Part shown: piece after piece, positions 1 to 9,283 of the stretch
Position numbering within the stretch: position 1 is the stretch's first letter
Layout: every line of letters begins with the position of its first letter
From: Eubacteriales bacterium
Lineage (GTDB): Bacteria; Bacillota; Clostridia; Oscillospirales; UBA644
DNA: 64,000 bases
Assembly: GCA_045535665.1 (NCBI GenBank)
Contig: JAZSMD010000001.1
Span: 24,240-88,239, forward strand
Direction: 5' to 3'
Made by a program: the position numbers and the translations under genes
Notes under the pieces: generated by a model
What the model was told of the DNA's origin: nothing
The model's database searches: none
What the model saw: only the letters and a program-made list of their open reading frames with translations

Positions 1-1329
1 TGTAATTTTCAGATAGGGCTCAGAGCCTTCTTCAGGTTCATAAGCGAGACCATCATGTGTTACACCGATGATCGAAGTATAGAAATTTCTGAACTGAGCC
101 TGATCCATCTTTGTGTATGTGTTGTACATTACGATCATTTCATCACCGGATTCAGGATCGGTAATATCAAAGTGGTGAGTTTCACCATCAACCTCAACGA
201 TTACCCGTGCAAGTTCTTTCAGATATTTCAAATAGATCATTCTCTGGCAGTAAACATCAACAGTATTTTTATCTACCCACTCAAGTTTTGACTTATCTAC
301 TGCGTAAATGACCGATTGGTCATCGAAAATAACGTAAGTGTATTTATCAATGGTTGCACCTATAACGTATTTTATTGTTATTAGCTTCTTTTCTCCGTTG
401 CCCTTGGGGTCATAATATGGGTTTTCAAGACCTGTAACATTGCTTACTATTGAAGATGTATCAACAAGAGTCGTTAGTGTAATCGTGGTTGGCGTATCAA
501 AACCGTATTTGGTCAAATTTTCAGCGCTCAGAACGTCAGTTTCAACGTATTCAGCTTCGAGAACTGCCAATACTTCTGCAATTTTCTGTATAGGTGTTGA
601 TGTTCCTGCACAGAAAAACGGTTTTTCAACGATCGTGCCACCCATGTAACGAATATCTTCGGCTTCTTCTTCTCTTGTTGTTCGTACGAAAATCTCTTCG
701 CCTTCGTAGGGTTTTATGTTGAGAGTTTGAAATCCCGTATATTCAAATTCTTTTGAGATAGCCTGTTGATAGTATTGTGTGTGATTTTTTACAAAACGCT
801 CTGAAAAATACGTTCCCGAAAGATATACGTCGTTATTTGTCGTATCTCTGAAATAGTAACCGCCACCCTGAGGTGCTGCGTCACCCAGGTGGAAAACACT
901 TTCATTTCCGTTTTTCATTTTTACGGTAATTATAACGGATGGTTTATCAAGACCGTAATTTACAAGTTCTGTACAATCAGTTTCAATAAGAGCTTCGCAT
1001 CTGATATTGTTTACACTTTCAAAAAGACCTGCTGAGGAGTAGGGGAGGAGGGGTACTTCCGCATGACCGTGGAAATAAACAGTTCCCTCATCGTTTCTGC
1101 TGACTTTATATTCACCTGTTTGATTCACAACGTGGATGTAATCAACGTCGTTTGCGTTGCAGGTGTATATTTGCAGCGTTTCTCTTTGATAGTCTATAGT
1201 GATTTGTGTTTCGGGAATTTTTTCTTCGGGCAAAACTTCGAATTCCGAGATATAAAGGACTCCTGCAATCGCCCCTCCCAAAAGAAGGAGAGAAATGAAG
1301 ATCAAGATTATTTTCTTTTTAGTTATCAT
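1..1329 (-). CDS. DUF4340-like protein, C-terminal part cut by the window edge
   Basis: Minus-strand frame is open from the ATG at 1329 to the window edge. The ATG forms an ATGA overlap with the stop of the upstream GldG-like gene. N-terminal signal anchor MITKKKIILIFISLLLLGGAIAG. It sits after ABC ATPase / ABC-2 permease / GldG-like genes, the usual context for DUF4340 proteins. Confidence 0.6.
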   Translation of the reverse strand, partial: MITKKKIILIFISLLLLGGAIAGVLYISEFEVLPEEKIPETQITIDYQRETLQIYTCNANDVDYIHVVNQTGEYKVSRNDEGTVYFHGHAEVPLLPYSSAGLFESVNNIRCEALIETDCTELVNYGLDKPSVIITVKMKNGNESVFHLGDAAPQGGGYYFRDTTNNDVYLSGTYFSERFVKNHTQYYQQAISKEFEYTGFQTLNIKPYEGEEIFVRTTREEEAEDIRYMGGTIVEKPFFCAGTSTPIQKIAEVLAVLEAEYVETDVLSAENLTKYGFDTPTTITLTTLVDTSSIVSNVTGLENPYYDPKGNGEKKLITIKYVIGATIDKYTYVIFDDQSVIYAVDKSKLEWVDKNTVDVYCQRMIYLKYLKELARVIVEVDGETHHFDITDPESGDEMIVMYNTYTKMDQAQFRNFYTSIIGVTHDGLAYEPEEGSEPYLKIT

Positions 1330-2969
1330 AAGAATTTACGTCTCCTGTGGACAATTATTCCTATAACCGCAAATACTGCGGGAATACCGAAAACGAGTCC
1401 GAGGAATATAGATGTTATCTGATAAGTCTCCGTGAAATTCAAAGAACTGAAGATCAACTGTGTGGGGAGAATTTCCGTATCGTAACCCTGAGTTGAAGAT
1501 ACGAGATATTTAACGAGTTTTATCATGTATTCCGCTGTCTGAGCGTTGTTACCATCAATATTGCTCATGAAATAGTCATCAATAAAGGATGTTGAACCGC
1601 AGAGATATACGCTGGAAGAGTAGGGAGTAGTTCCGTCATATCTTGTTTTTTGAGCCAAAACAGAAAGATTGAATGGACCTGCCGTATCTCCTTCCTGCTT
1701 TTTGAAATTCTTCCAATCGGAAGAGGAAAGATTTGTCGATGCAGTATATCTTGAGAATGCGGAATCCGCTGTAACTATCATAGGATAAGTGTGAATTGAA
1801 TCCTTTGATTCAAATTCTGCGTTTACAGCTCTCGCAGCACCAAGCTGAATAAACTGGTTATATCTGCCTGTTGCAAGTTCTTCTGCAATAATTGAGGTTG
1901 CTTCTCCGTATTGAACTTTGAGTAACGGATATACCGCATTTGTAAACGTGTAGCTGTTCTTTGTGTCGAAAACACTTTCAGTTCCCAAAGAAAGACCCCA
2001 TTCAAGGAGATATTCTTCGAGATATCTGTTAGACCTTGTGTTAAGGTCTGTGAAGACAAGGAGGTGTTTACCTAATTCTTCATTGTTGGAAAGCCATTCG
2101 TCTATTTTATTGATATCGTCTACACTATAGTCTCTTGATGGATTTGCGATGACAAGCATATCAATGTCATATCCCATGAGGGTGTCAAAATCCTGAATGT
2201 TTATAAGCTTTGCATCAAAACCGTTTTCGATAAGAGTCTGCTGGAAATATGCATAAGTTCCTTCACCGTGACCCTGAACGAAAGCTATCGTCTGAATATC
2301 TTCTTTTGTCGTGTAGAGAATACCGGAAGTGATTCTTCTTTCAAGACCTACATATTGGAGATCTTCAAAAATCGTATCCTTTATATAGCGGAATCTCTGT
2401 GTTTCGGGACAGTAAACAACCATGAAAATATTTTCTGCGGTATCCGTACCATCGTTAAGGGAAATTCCTCTTGATTTGAAGAACATTGGGTTAAGTCTGG
2501 GGTTTATATAGTGGATTGTAATATTGGAATTTTCGTTTGCATAGTTTAACAGTGTTTCATAAACATATCTGAGAGGGGATATTGCATTTGTTTCGGATAC
2601 AGATGAACTGTAGTTTTGTTCTTCGCCCGCAACGATAAGTTCAACGGGAGTTTCAAGACCTTTCAGATAATCTATTGTCTGTTGGTCAAGTGTAAAGACC
2701 TGTTCTTCTGTAAGGTCGATACTGAGGTTGAATCGTTCCCCCGCAAGACCTGCGGCAACATTTATAAGGATTATTACTGCAAGAACCAATGCTGCAGATA
2801 CTGTTGTAAGGGAGTTATATTTGATCTTTTTTGTGTTTATTTTTACTTTTTGCTGGGGTTGTCCGAGATTTACGGATAACTGAGCATTTGATTTTACTTC
2901 AACTTCGGAAAGTTCATGAACTTCAGTTGCCTGAACTTCGTCTTGTCCGTTTTTATTGTTCTTTTTCAT
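1326..2969 (-). CDS. GldG-like auxiliary subunit of an ABC-2 type transporter
   Basis: 547-aa ORF with N- and C-terminal TM anchors and a large extracytoplasmic domain. It lies directly downstream of ABC-2 permease and ATPase genes, the typical Gldg-family architecture. Confidence 0.7.
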   Translation of the reverse strand: MKKNNKNGQDEVQATEVHELSEVEVKSNAQLSVNLGQPQQKVKINTKKIKYNSLTTVSAALVLAVIILINVAAGLAGERFNLSIDLTEEQVFTLDQQTIDYLKGLETPVELIVAGEEQNYSSSVSETNAISPLRYVYETLLNYANENSNITIHYINPRLNPMFFKSRGISLNDGTDTAENIFMVVYCPETQRFRYIKDTIFEDLQYVGLERRITSGILYTTKEDIQTIAFVQGHGEGTYAYFQQTLIENGFDAKLINIQDFDTLMGYDIDMLVIANPSRDYSVDDINKIDEWLSNNEELGKHLLVFTDLNTRSNRYLEEYLLEWGLSLGTESVFDTKNSYTFTNAVYPLLKVQYGEATSIIAEELATGRYNQFIQLGAARAVNAEFESKDSIHTYPMIVTADSAFSRYTASTNLSSSDWKNFKKQEGDTAGPFNLSVLAQKTRYDGTTPYSSSVYLCGSTSFIDDYFMSNIDGNNAQTAEYMIKLVKYLVSSTQGYDTEILPTQLIFSSLNFTETYQITSIFLGLVFGIPAVFAVIGIIVHRRRKFL

Positions 2970-3003
2970 ACCATCATTCCTTTCTTACATTCGGACTGAA
3001 AAA

Positions 3004-3708
3004 TCAGTTCCAACGGCGTTTTTCGATAACTTTTACTGTAAGGAACAGGAAAATCACCGTAACGCTGATGTAGTAAATAACAGGTGGTAAGCTGATAATA
3101 CCGTTGGTAAAATCTTCATACTGAGAATAGATATTCAAATGTATAATTGCTTTTGCAAGCCATGTGGGCATAAATATTGCAAAAAAGTCGATTATCATCA
3201 GCAGGAATAAAACTGCAAAGGAGCCTGCTGCCGCTGCTATCTGATTTTCTGTAAGAGCTGAAATGAAAAGACCTATGGATATCATTGCTGCAAGGATAAG
3301 CAATGTTCCCACAACATTTGAAAGAAGAGAACCGTAGTCCAAAACACCGAAAGCATCAATTATAACTATGTAAATGATATTAAGTGCTGTACATGAAAGA
3401 AGTATTGTATACGCACCGAGGAATTTACCTGCAACGAGTGAATAAAGACTTAATGGGGAGGTCAATAATAGTTGGTCTGTTTTATTTTTCCTCTCTTCGC
3501 TGAAAAATCGCATTGACAGTATTGCAATTACGACTATGTCAACTATAAAGAGCCACATTCCTAAGTAATTTCCCAAATAACTTGTATTTTGCCAAACCAC
3601 AAAAATGCAGAATGCAATTGCAGAGAGAAATGCGTATATCATAAATACGAAGTATCCGATAGGATTTTTAAAGAACGATACAAGCTCACGCTTCCATATT
3701 GCCGTCAT
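3004..3708 (-). CDS. ABC-2 type transporter permease
   Basis: 234-aa polytopic membrane protein of about 6 TM. Begins MTAIWKRELVSFFKNPIGY, typical of ABC-2 permeases. Overlaps the ATPase gene by 23 nt. Confidence 0.8.
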   Translation of the reverse strand: MTAIWKRELVSFFKNPIGYFVFMIYAFLSAIAFCIFVVWQNTSYLGNYLGMWLFIVDIVVIAILSMRFFSEERKNKTDQLLLTSPLSLYSLVAGKFLGAYTILLSCTALNIIYIVIIDAFGVLDYGSLLSNVVGTLLILAAMISIGLFISALTENQIAAAAGSFAVLFLLMIIDFFAIFMPTWLAKAIIHLNIYSQYEDFTNGIISLPPVIYYISVTVIFLFLTVKVIEKRRWN

Positions 3709-4714
3709 CTGGTTCTTCCTCCTTTACTTCTTCAGCTTTGTTTTCAGCAAGCTGTTTTGCTTCTGCGTTTTTGTTTACCAGCTGGATAAATATATCTTCA
3801 AGAGACATTCCGAGAGGTGTTATCATGAGGATATACCAATTTCGTTTTGCACATTCGTCAAAGAGTATTCTTCTGATATCAACGTTTTTATCTGCTTCAA
3901 CAATAAAGTCTCTTGTACCTTTTTCATAGCTTCCAACATATTCAACTTTTGATACTCCCAGAAGTGAACCGAGAACACCTGCAACATCATCTTCTTCGGG
4001 AGCTGCAAGTCTTATGCCGTAACGGCTGTTGGGACCCATATTTTCCGAAAGCTCATCTGTTAAGGCATCCATTACAACATAGCCTTCGTTAATGATAATT
4101 ATACGTTCGCAAATTGCCTGAACTTCAGAAAGAACATGGGAGCTTAAAATTACAGTTCTTCTTGTACCGAGACGTTTGATAAGATTTCTTATTTCAACGA
4201 TCTCTTTTGGGTCAAGACCTGAAGTTGGTTCGTCAAGAATAAGGATCTCGGGATCTCCGATAAGAGCCTGGGCAAGACCTACTCTTTGCTTGTAACCTTT
4301 TGAGAGGTTTTTGATCATTCTATGGTAAACATCGGTGATCTTTACCACTTCGCAAACTTCTCGGATATGTTCGCTTTTGATTTTTATATTTTCCTTTTTG
4401 GAGCATCCTTTAAGGTTGTAAACGAAATTCAGATATTCCTTTACGGTCATGTCATGGTAAAGCGGTGGCTGTTCCGGAAGATAACCGATTTTAGCTTTTG
4501 CCTCGTTGGGGTTTTCGAGAATATCGTAACCTCCGATGGTGATCTTTCCTCCTGTTGAGGATATATATCCGGTTATCATATTCATGGTTGTGGTTTTTCC
4601 CGCACCGTTAGGTCCGAGAAGACCCACTATATCACCGCGGTTTATTGTGAAGCTTGCATTATTTACGGCAATTTTTTTTCCGTATCGTTTTGTAAGCCCT
4701 GAAACCGTAATCAT
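3686..4714 (-). CDS. ABC transporter ATP-binding protein with acidic C-terminal tail
   Basis: Walker A GPNGAGKTT, signature LSKGYKQR, Walker B ILILDEP. RBS GGAGGAA lies upstream of the ATG. Confidence 0.9.
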   Translation of the reverse strand: MITVSGLTKRYGKKIAVNNASFTINRGDIVGLLGPNGAGKTTTMNMITGYISSTGGKITIGGYDILENPNEAKAKIGYLPEQPPLYHDMTVKEYLNFVYNLKGCSKKENIKIKSEHIREVCEVVKITDVYHRMIKNLSKGYKQRVGLAQALIGDPEILILDEPTSGLDPKEIVEIRNLIKRLGTRRTVILSSHVLSEVQAICERIIIINEGYVVMDALTDELSENMGPNSRYGIRLAAPEEDDVAGVLGSLLGVSKVEYVGSYEKGTRDFIVEADKNVDIRRILFDECAKRNWYILMITPLGMSLEDIFIQLVNKNAEAKQLAENKAEEVKEEEPDDGNMEA

Positions 4715-4758
4715 AGAAAGTTCCTCCTGATATTTGATTTATGTCTTTATTTATACTT

Positions 4759-4793
4759 GATAAAGTAGATATAATACGAATATCTACTTTATC
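4759..4793 (-). terminator. Perfect 14-bp stem hairpin between aspS and the ABC operon
   Basis: GATAAAGTAGATAT-aatacga-ATATCTACTTTATC. The T-run (agttgttttt) is on the plus side only, so termination on the minus strand is uncertain. Confidence 0.35.
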
Positions 4794-4801
4794 AGTTGTT
4801 T

Positions 4802-6574
4802 TTAGTTGTCGAGTAATTGAATATGGAGTTCTTCCAACTGTTTTGGATCAACTTCTGCAGGGCACATTGTCATGAGCTCTGAAGCATTCTGAACCTTCGG
4901 ATATGCGATTACGTCTCTGAGACTGTCGCACTGGAGCATCTGCATTACAAGTCTGTCAAGACCGATACCCATACCGCCGTGAGGAGGAGCACCGTATTTG
5001 AATGCGTCGAGGAGGTATCCGAATTTAAGATGAGCTTCTTCTTCGCTGAGACCGAGAAGCTTGAACATTCTGTTCTGAAGTTCGGGGTCTGTAATTCTGA
5101 TAGAACCGCTTGAAAGCTCAATACCGTTAAGAACGAGGTCGTAAGCCTTTGCGCGTACCTTTGATTTATCTGTTTCAAGATATTCGAGACATTCATCCAT
5201 GGGAGAAGTGAAGGGGTGATGCATTGCAACGAAAGTCTGAGAGTCTTCATCGAAGTCAAAGAAGGGGAATTCAACTATCCAAAGGAGATTGAAGCCTTCA
5301 AGCTTGAGCTGAAGTCTGTCTGCTGTTTTGATTCTGAGAAGACCGAGCTGAGAAAGAACATGATTGTTGTTTGTATCAGCGATAATCATTGCAACGTCGC
5401 CTTTTTCTACGTTCATCTTTTCGTAGATAGCGTTCATTTCTTCTTCGCTCATGAATTTTGCAAATGAGGATGTGTCACCATCTGCTGTTCTTCTGATCCA
5501 TGCAAGACCTTTACCGCCGATGCCCTTAACATATTCTGTAAGCTTGTCTATTTCTTTTCTTGTGAGAGTTCCCGCGGAATCCTTAGCTACAATACCGCGA
5601 ACACTGCCACCGTTTGCAACTGTGGATGCAAATACGGAGAATCCGCAATCTTTTACCAAATCGGAAATATTTACGATCTCCATGCCGTAACGTGTATCGG
5701 GTTTATCTGAACCGAAGCGTTCCATAGCTTCTTTATATGTGAGTCTGGGAAGGGGAAGAGGAATGTCCACACCGAGTGTTTCCTTAAATACTCTCTGAAT
5801 GTAACCTTCACCAATCTTAAGAACGTCTTCAACGTCTACAAAGGACATTTCAAGGTCGATCTGTGTGAATCCCGGCTGTCTGTCCGCACGGAGGTCTTCG
5901 TCTCTGAAGCAACGTGCTATCTGCATATATCTGTCAAAGCCTGCAACCATTGAAAGTTGTTTATAAAGCTGAGGAGACTGGGGAAGCGCGTAGAAACCAC
6001 CCTTATGAATACGGCTGGGAACGAGGTAGTCTCTTGCACCTTCGGGTGTGGATCTGATGAGCATGGGAGTTTCTATTTCAATAAAGCCGTTTTCATCAAA
6101 ATAGTCTCTTGTTACCTTTGTTACTTTATGTCTGAAAAGAATGTTTTTTTGCAAATCGGGACGACGGAGGTCCAAATATCTATGCTTAAGTCTGAGTTCT
6201 TCGTTACAGTTGGAGTTTTCAACAATTTCAAATGGAGGAGTTTCAGCTTTACCCAAAACCTTCAAAGAATCAGCAAGAACTTCAATTTCTCCTGTAGGAA
6301 GATTTTTGTTTATTGCGCCTTCGCCTCTGCTGCGTACTGTACCCGAAGCTGTAATAACGTCTTCGGAACGGAGTGTGTATGCAATATCAAAAAGATCTTT
6401 GTTGAGCTGTTCGTCAAATGTAAGCTGGAGGATGCCGGTTCTGTCTCTGAGGTCAATAAAAATAAGACCGCCCAAAACTCTTCTTCTCTGTACCCAACCT
6501 GCAACGGTTATCTGTTTGCCGATGTCTTTTGCGGAAAAGTTGCCGCAATAGTCGGTTCTGTTTATATAAGCCAT
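4802..6574 (-). CDS. aspS: aspartate--tRNA ligase
   Basis: 590-aa ORF with a bacterial-type AspRS N-terminal OB fold (GWVQRRRVLGGLIFIDLRDRTG) and class II motifs (FRDEDLRADRQPGFTQID, GGMGIGLDRL). Confidence 0.95.
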   Translation of the reverse strand: MAYINRTDYCGNFSAKDIGKQITVAGWVQRRRVLGGLIFIDLRDRTGILQLTFDEQLNKDLFDIAYTLRSEDVITASGTVRSRGEGAINKNLPTGEIEVLADSLKVLGKAETPPFEIVENSNCNEELRLKHRYLDLRRPDLQKNILFRHKVTKVTRDYFDENGFIEIETPMLIRSTPEGARDYLVPSRIHKGGFYALPQSPQLYKQLSMVAGFDRYMQIARCFRDEDLRADRQPGFTQIDLEMSFVDVEDVLKIGEGYIQRVFKETLGVDIPLPLPRLTYKEAMERFGSDKPDTRYGMEIVNISDLVKDCGFSVFASTVANGGSVRGIVAKDSAGTLTRKEIDKLTEYVKGIGGKGLAWIRRTADGDTSSFAKFMSEEEMNAIYEKMNVEKGDVAMIIADTNNNHVLSQLGLLRIKTADRLQLKLEGFNLLWIVEFPFFDFDEDSQTFVAMHHPFTSPMDECLEYLETDKSKVRAKAYDLVLNGIELSSGSIRITDPELQNRMFKLLGLSEEEAHLKFGYLLDAFKYGAPPHGGMGIGLDRLVMQMLQCDSLRDVIAYPKVQNASELMTMCPAEVDPKQLEELHIQLLDN

Positions 6575-6641
6575 AATTATACCTCTTTATTTTAAATTAT
6601 CTTATCGTCAGATTTGTGTCGTTGATTTGTATTTAATGGTG

Positions 6642-7898
6642 TTAATTGCTTTTTATGACATCCGCAAGGGACTCGTCAAGTTTAACTTGAATTTTTTCAC
6701 CGTTAGACATATTTTTCAATTCTGCTTCACCGTTTTCGGTTTCGCTGTCTCCGATAACGATTGAATATTTCGCAGATATCTTGTCAGCATATTTCATCTG
6801 CGCTTTAAGTGAACGTGCCATGATATCTGTTTCTACATTTATACCGCAGTTGCGGAGCTTTCTTGCCAATGCGGAAGCATATCTGAGGGCATTTTCTCCG
6901 ATAGATGCAATGTAGAGATCTGTTGTGGGTTCTTCACCGAAAGACAGACCTTCTTCTTCCATAACTGAAACAAGTCTTTCAAGTCCGCTTGCAAAGCCGA
7001 TTCCCGGAACGTCCATTTTTCCGTCGATTTCTTTTACAAGACCGTCATAACGACCTCCTGCAAGAAGTGCAAGTCCTGTTTTTTCATGGATAAGTTCAAA
7101 TACAGTTCTTGTGTAGTAGTCAAGACCTCTTACAATTCCCGGGTCTTCTTCGTATTCTGTTCCGCAGTTATTAAGAAGTGTTTTGAGTTCTTCATAATGT
7201 GCTCTGCAGTCATCACACAGGAAATCTGTAATTACAGGAGCGTTTTTGGTGATATTTTTACAGATAGGGCTCTTGCAGTCAAGAATTCTCATTGGATTGC
7301 GTTCAAGACGAGTATTACATGTTTCGCAAAGCTCCTCTTTATATTGTGAAAAATATTCCTGAAGTGCTTTGTGGTATCCTTTTCTGCATTCAGGACAACC
7401 TATAGAGTTGATTCTTAACTTTGCACCTTTTATTCCCAAGGATTTTATAAAATCTTCAGCAAGGCTGATCATTTCTGCATCTGCAGAGGGAGCGGACGCT
7501 CCGTAAAGTTCCATCCCGAATTGGTTAAATTCTCTGTATCTCCCCTGCTGAGGCTTTTCGTAACGGAATGCAGTTATTTTGTAATATGCTTTAACGGGGA
7601 GGGCTCCTGTAAGAAGACCGTTTTCAACACAAAGCCTTACAGCGGAAGCTGTACCTTCAGGTCTGAGTGTGAGAGATCTTTCGCCTTTATCGGTGAAAGT
7701 GTACATTTCTTTCTGTACGATATCTGTGGTGTCTCCAACACCTCTCTGGAAAAGCTCTGTTTCTTCAAAGGTTGGAAATCTTATTTCTTTATATCCTGCG
7801 GATCTGCATATCTTATCCGCAGTTTCTTCTACATATCTCCATTTATAGGAATCGGAAGGAAGAACATCATGTGTTCCTCTGGGTGCTTTTACTGCCAT
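6642..7898 (-). CDS. hisS: histidine--tRNA ligase
   Basis: 418-aa ORF. Starts MAVKAPRGTHDVLP, with class II HisRS motifs (RYREFNQFGMELYG, GGRYDGL). Confidence 0.95.
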   Translation of the reverse strand: MAVKAPRGTHDVLPSDSYKWRYVEETADKICRSAGYKEIRFPTFEETELFQRGVGDTTDIVQKEMYTFTDKGERSLTLRPEGTASAVRLCVENGLLTGALPVKAYYKITAFRYEKPQQGRYREFNQFGMELYGASAPSADAEMISLAEDFIKSLGIKGAKLRINSIGCPECRKGYHKALQEYFSQYKEELCETCNTRLERNPMRILDCKSPICKNITKNAPVITDFLCDDCRAHYEELKTLLNNCGTEYEEDPGIVRGLDYYTRTVFELIHEKTGLALLAGGRYDGLVKEIDGKMDVPGIGFASGLERLVSVMEEEGLSFGEEPTTDLYIASIGENALRYASALARKLRNCGINVETDIMARSLKAQMKYADKISAKYSIVIGDSETENGEAELKNMSNGEKIQVKLDESLADVIKSN

Positions 7899-7959
7899 TG
7901 CTATATCTCCATTCTGCAGCCCCGTTTTAGGACTGAATACTATATAAAATCAAATATTT

Positions 7960-8379
7960 TTATTCCATGTAGAGGCTTGATAAACTGTAAAGGTCTTTTC
8001 TTTCAAAATCCCCACGTTCCAAAGCTCTCAAAAGAACTTCTGCTGTTGCAATATTTGTTGCTGTGGGAATATTATGAACATCACATATTCTTAAAAGGGT
8101 AGTGTCATCAACGCTTTCGGAAGCGGACTGGGATGTGTCTCTGAAATATATCAATATATCTATTTCTTTGTTTGCTATTTTTGATGCTATTTGCTGTGAC
8201 CCTCCGTTTGTTCGAGCCATGAGTCTTTCAACTTCAAGACCTGTTGCTTCTGTTACAGTTTTTCCCGTAACTGCAGTTGCAAATACTTTATGTTTAGAAA
8301 GTATTCTGCAGTAGTTAATACAGAACTGTACCATAAGCTCCTTTCGTTTGTCATGTGCCATAAGAGCGATATTAAGCAT
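7960..8379 (-). CDS. mgsA: methylglyoxal synthase
   Basis: MLNIALMAHDKRKELMVQF...TGLEVERLMARTNGGSQQIAS matches the MgsA pattern. The ORF in the track begins at a GTG at 8394, but the ATG at 8379 gives the canonical N-terminus. Start choice is uncertain. Confidence 0.85.
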   Translation of the reverse strand: MLNIALMAHDKRKELMVQFCINYCRILSKHKVFATAVTGKTVTEATGLEVERLMARTNGGSQQIASKIANKEIDILIYFRDTSQSASESVDDTTLLRICDVHNIPTATNIATAEVLLRALERGDFERKDLYSLSSLYME

Positions 8380-8408
8380 ATATGAGGACCACACCTTTCT
8401 TTAATTTA

Positions 8409-9152
8409 CTACCAGAATTTGTATAAAGGGACGTTGTTTCCTGAGATTCGTTGTGCTATATTTTCAAAAGCCTTACCTGATACAGACCTTTTTATATCAG
8501 AAACCAGTATTCCCTTGTTTGCGTATACTTGTATTTTTATATCTTCGGGAATAAGTCCTAAAAGTCTTACTTCAGTATTGTCAATAATTTCATCTATGTC
8601 CGGAGCCAAGCCTTTTTCAATAAGCTTTGGCTTTACTCTGTTTACTATCAGGCGGACATCATCAGTTCTTTCACCGTAGATCAATGCTGCGGCTCTTCCA
8701 GCATCCCTGATTGCTGTAATGTCGGGTGTTGTTATGACTATTGAGGCGTTTGAGATCTTCGCAAGACTTTTGACAGTAAAGCCTATGCCTGAAGGACAGT
8801 CGATGATTATTATATCGTAATTATCTTTTTGCGTTTTTGCTGTTTCGCAGATACCTTCAACTGTATTTTCAGTATTGTCATACGGTCTTATCGCACCCGA
8901 AATAAAGTCTAAATTTTCATTTATCTTTATAACGGCTTTTTCAAAATTGCATCTTTGGTTAAAGACATCGGAGGTGTCAAATAATACTTTATCCTGGATA
9001 CCCATAATGATATCCAGATTACTTAAATTTATATCTGAATCTATTAAAAGAACACGTTTACCTATCATGGAGAGATAAACTGATGTGTTCGCAGAAAAAG
9101 TGGATTTACCTACTCCGCCTTTTCCTGAAATTACTGTAATTATTCTGCCCAG
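8409..9152 (-). CDS. minD: MinD-family (ParA-like) ATPase with probable CTG start and no C-terminal amphipathic helix
   Basis: The deviant Walker A SGKGGVGKST is encoded in frame upstream of the first ATG (9068). An in-frame TGA lies 6 codons upstream of a CTG at 9152. That CTG is preceded by GGAGGAG plus a 6-nt spacer. The body aligns by eye with MinD (IIIDCPSGIG, VITTPDITAIRDA, LIVNRV). Confidence 0.8.
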   Translation of the reverse strand: MGRIITVISGKGGVGKSTFSANTSVYLSMIGKRVLLIDSDINLSNLDIIMGIQDKVLFDTSDVFNQRCNFEKAVIKINENLDFISGAIRPYDNTENTVEGICETAKTQKDNYDIIIIDCPSGIGFTVKSLAKISNASIVITTPDITAIRDAGRAAALIYGERTDDVRLIVNRVKPKLIEKGLAPDIDEIIDNTEVRLLGLIPEDIKIQVYANKGILVSDIKRSVSGKAFENIAQRISGNNVPLYKFW

Positions 9153-9197
9153 TTGACTCTCCTCCGATCATAAATCTGATTTTTTATACTATCTTAC

Positions 9198-9226
9198 ATT
9201 ATATATGATTTTGCAATTAAAATCAA
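9198..9226 (-). promoter_or_regulatory. sigma-A type promoter upstream of minD
   Basis: The minus strand reads TTGATT-17 nt-TATAAT. Confidence 0.5.
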
Positions 9227-9283
9227 GACTTTTTTGAAATATTTCGATTTTTTTATTGTAAAATCACTCTTTTTCGATTTTTC

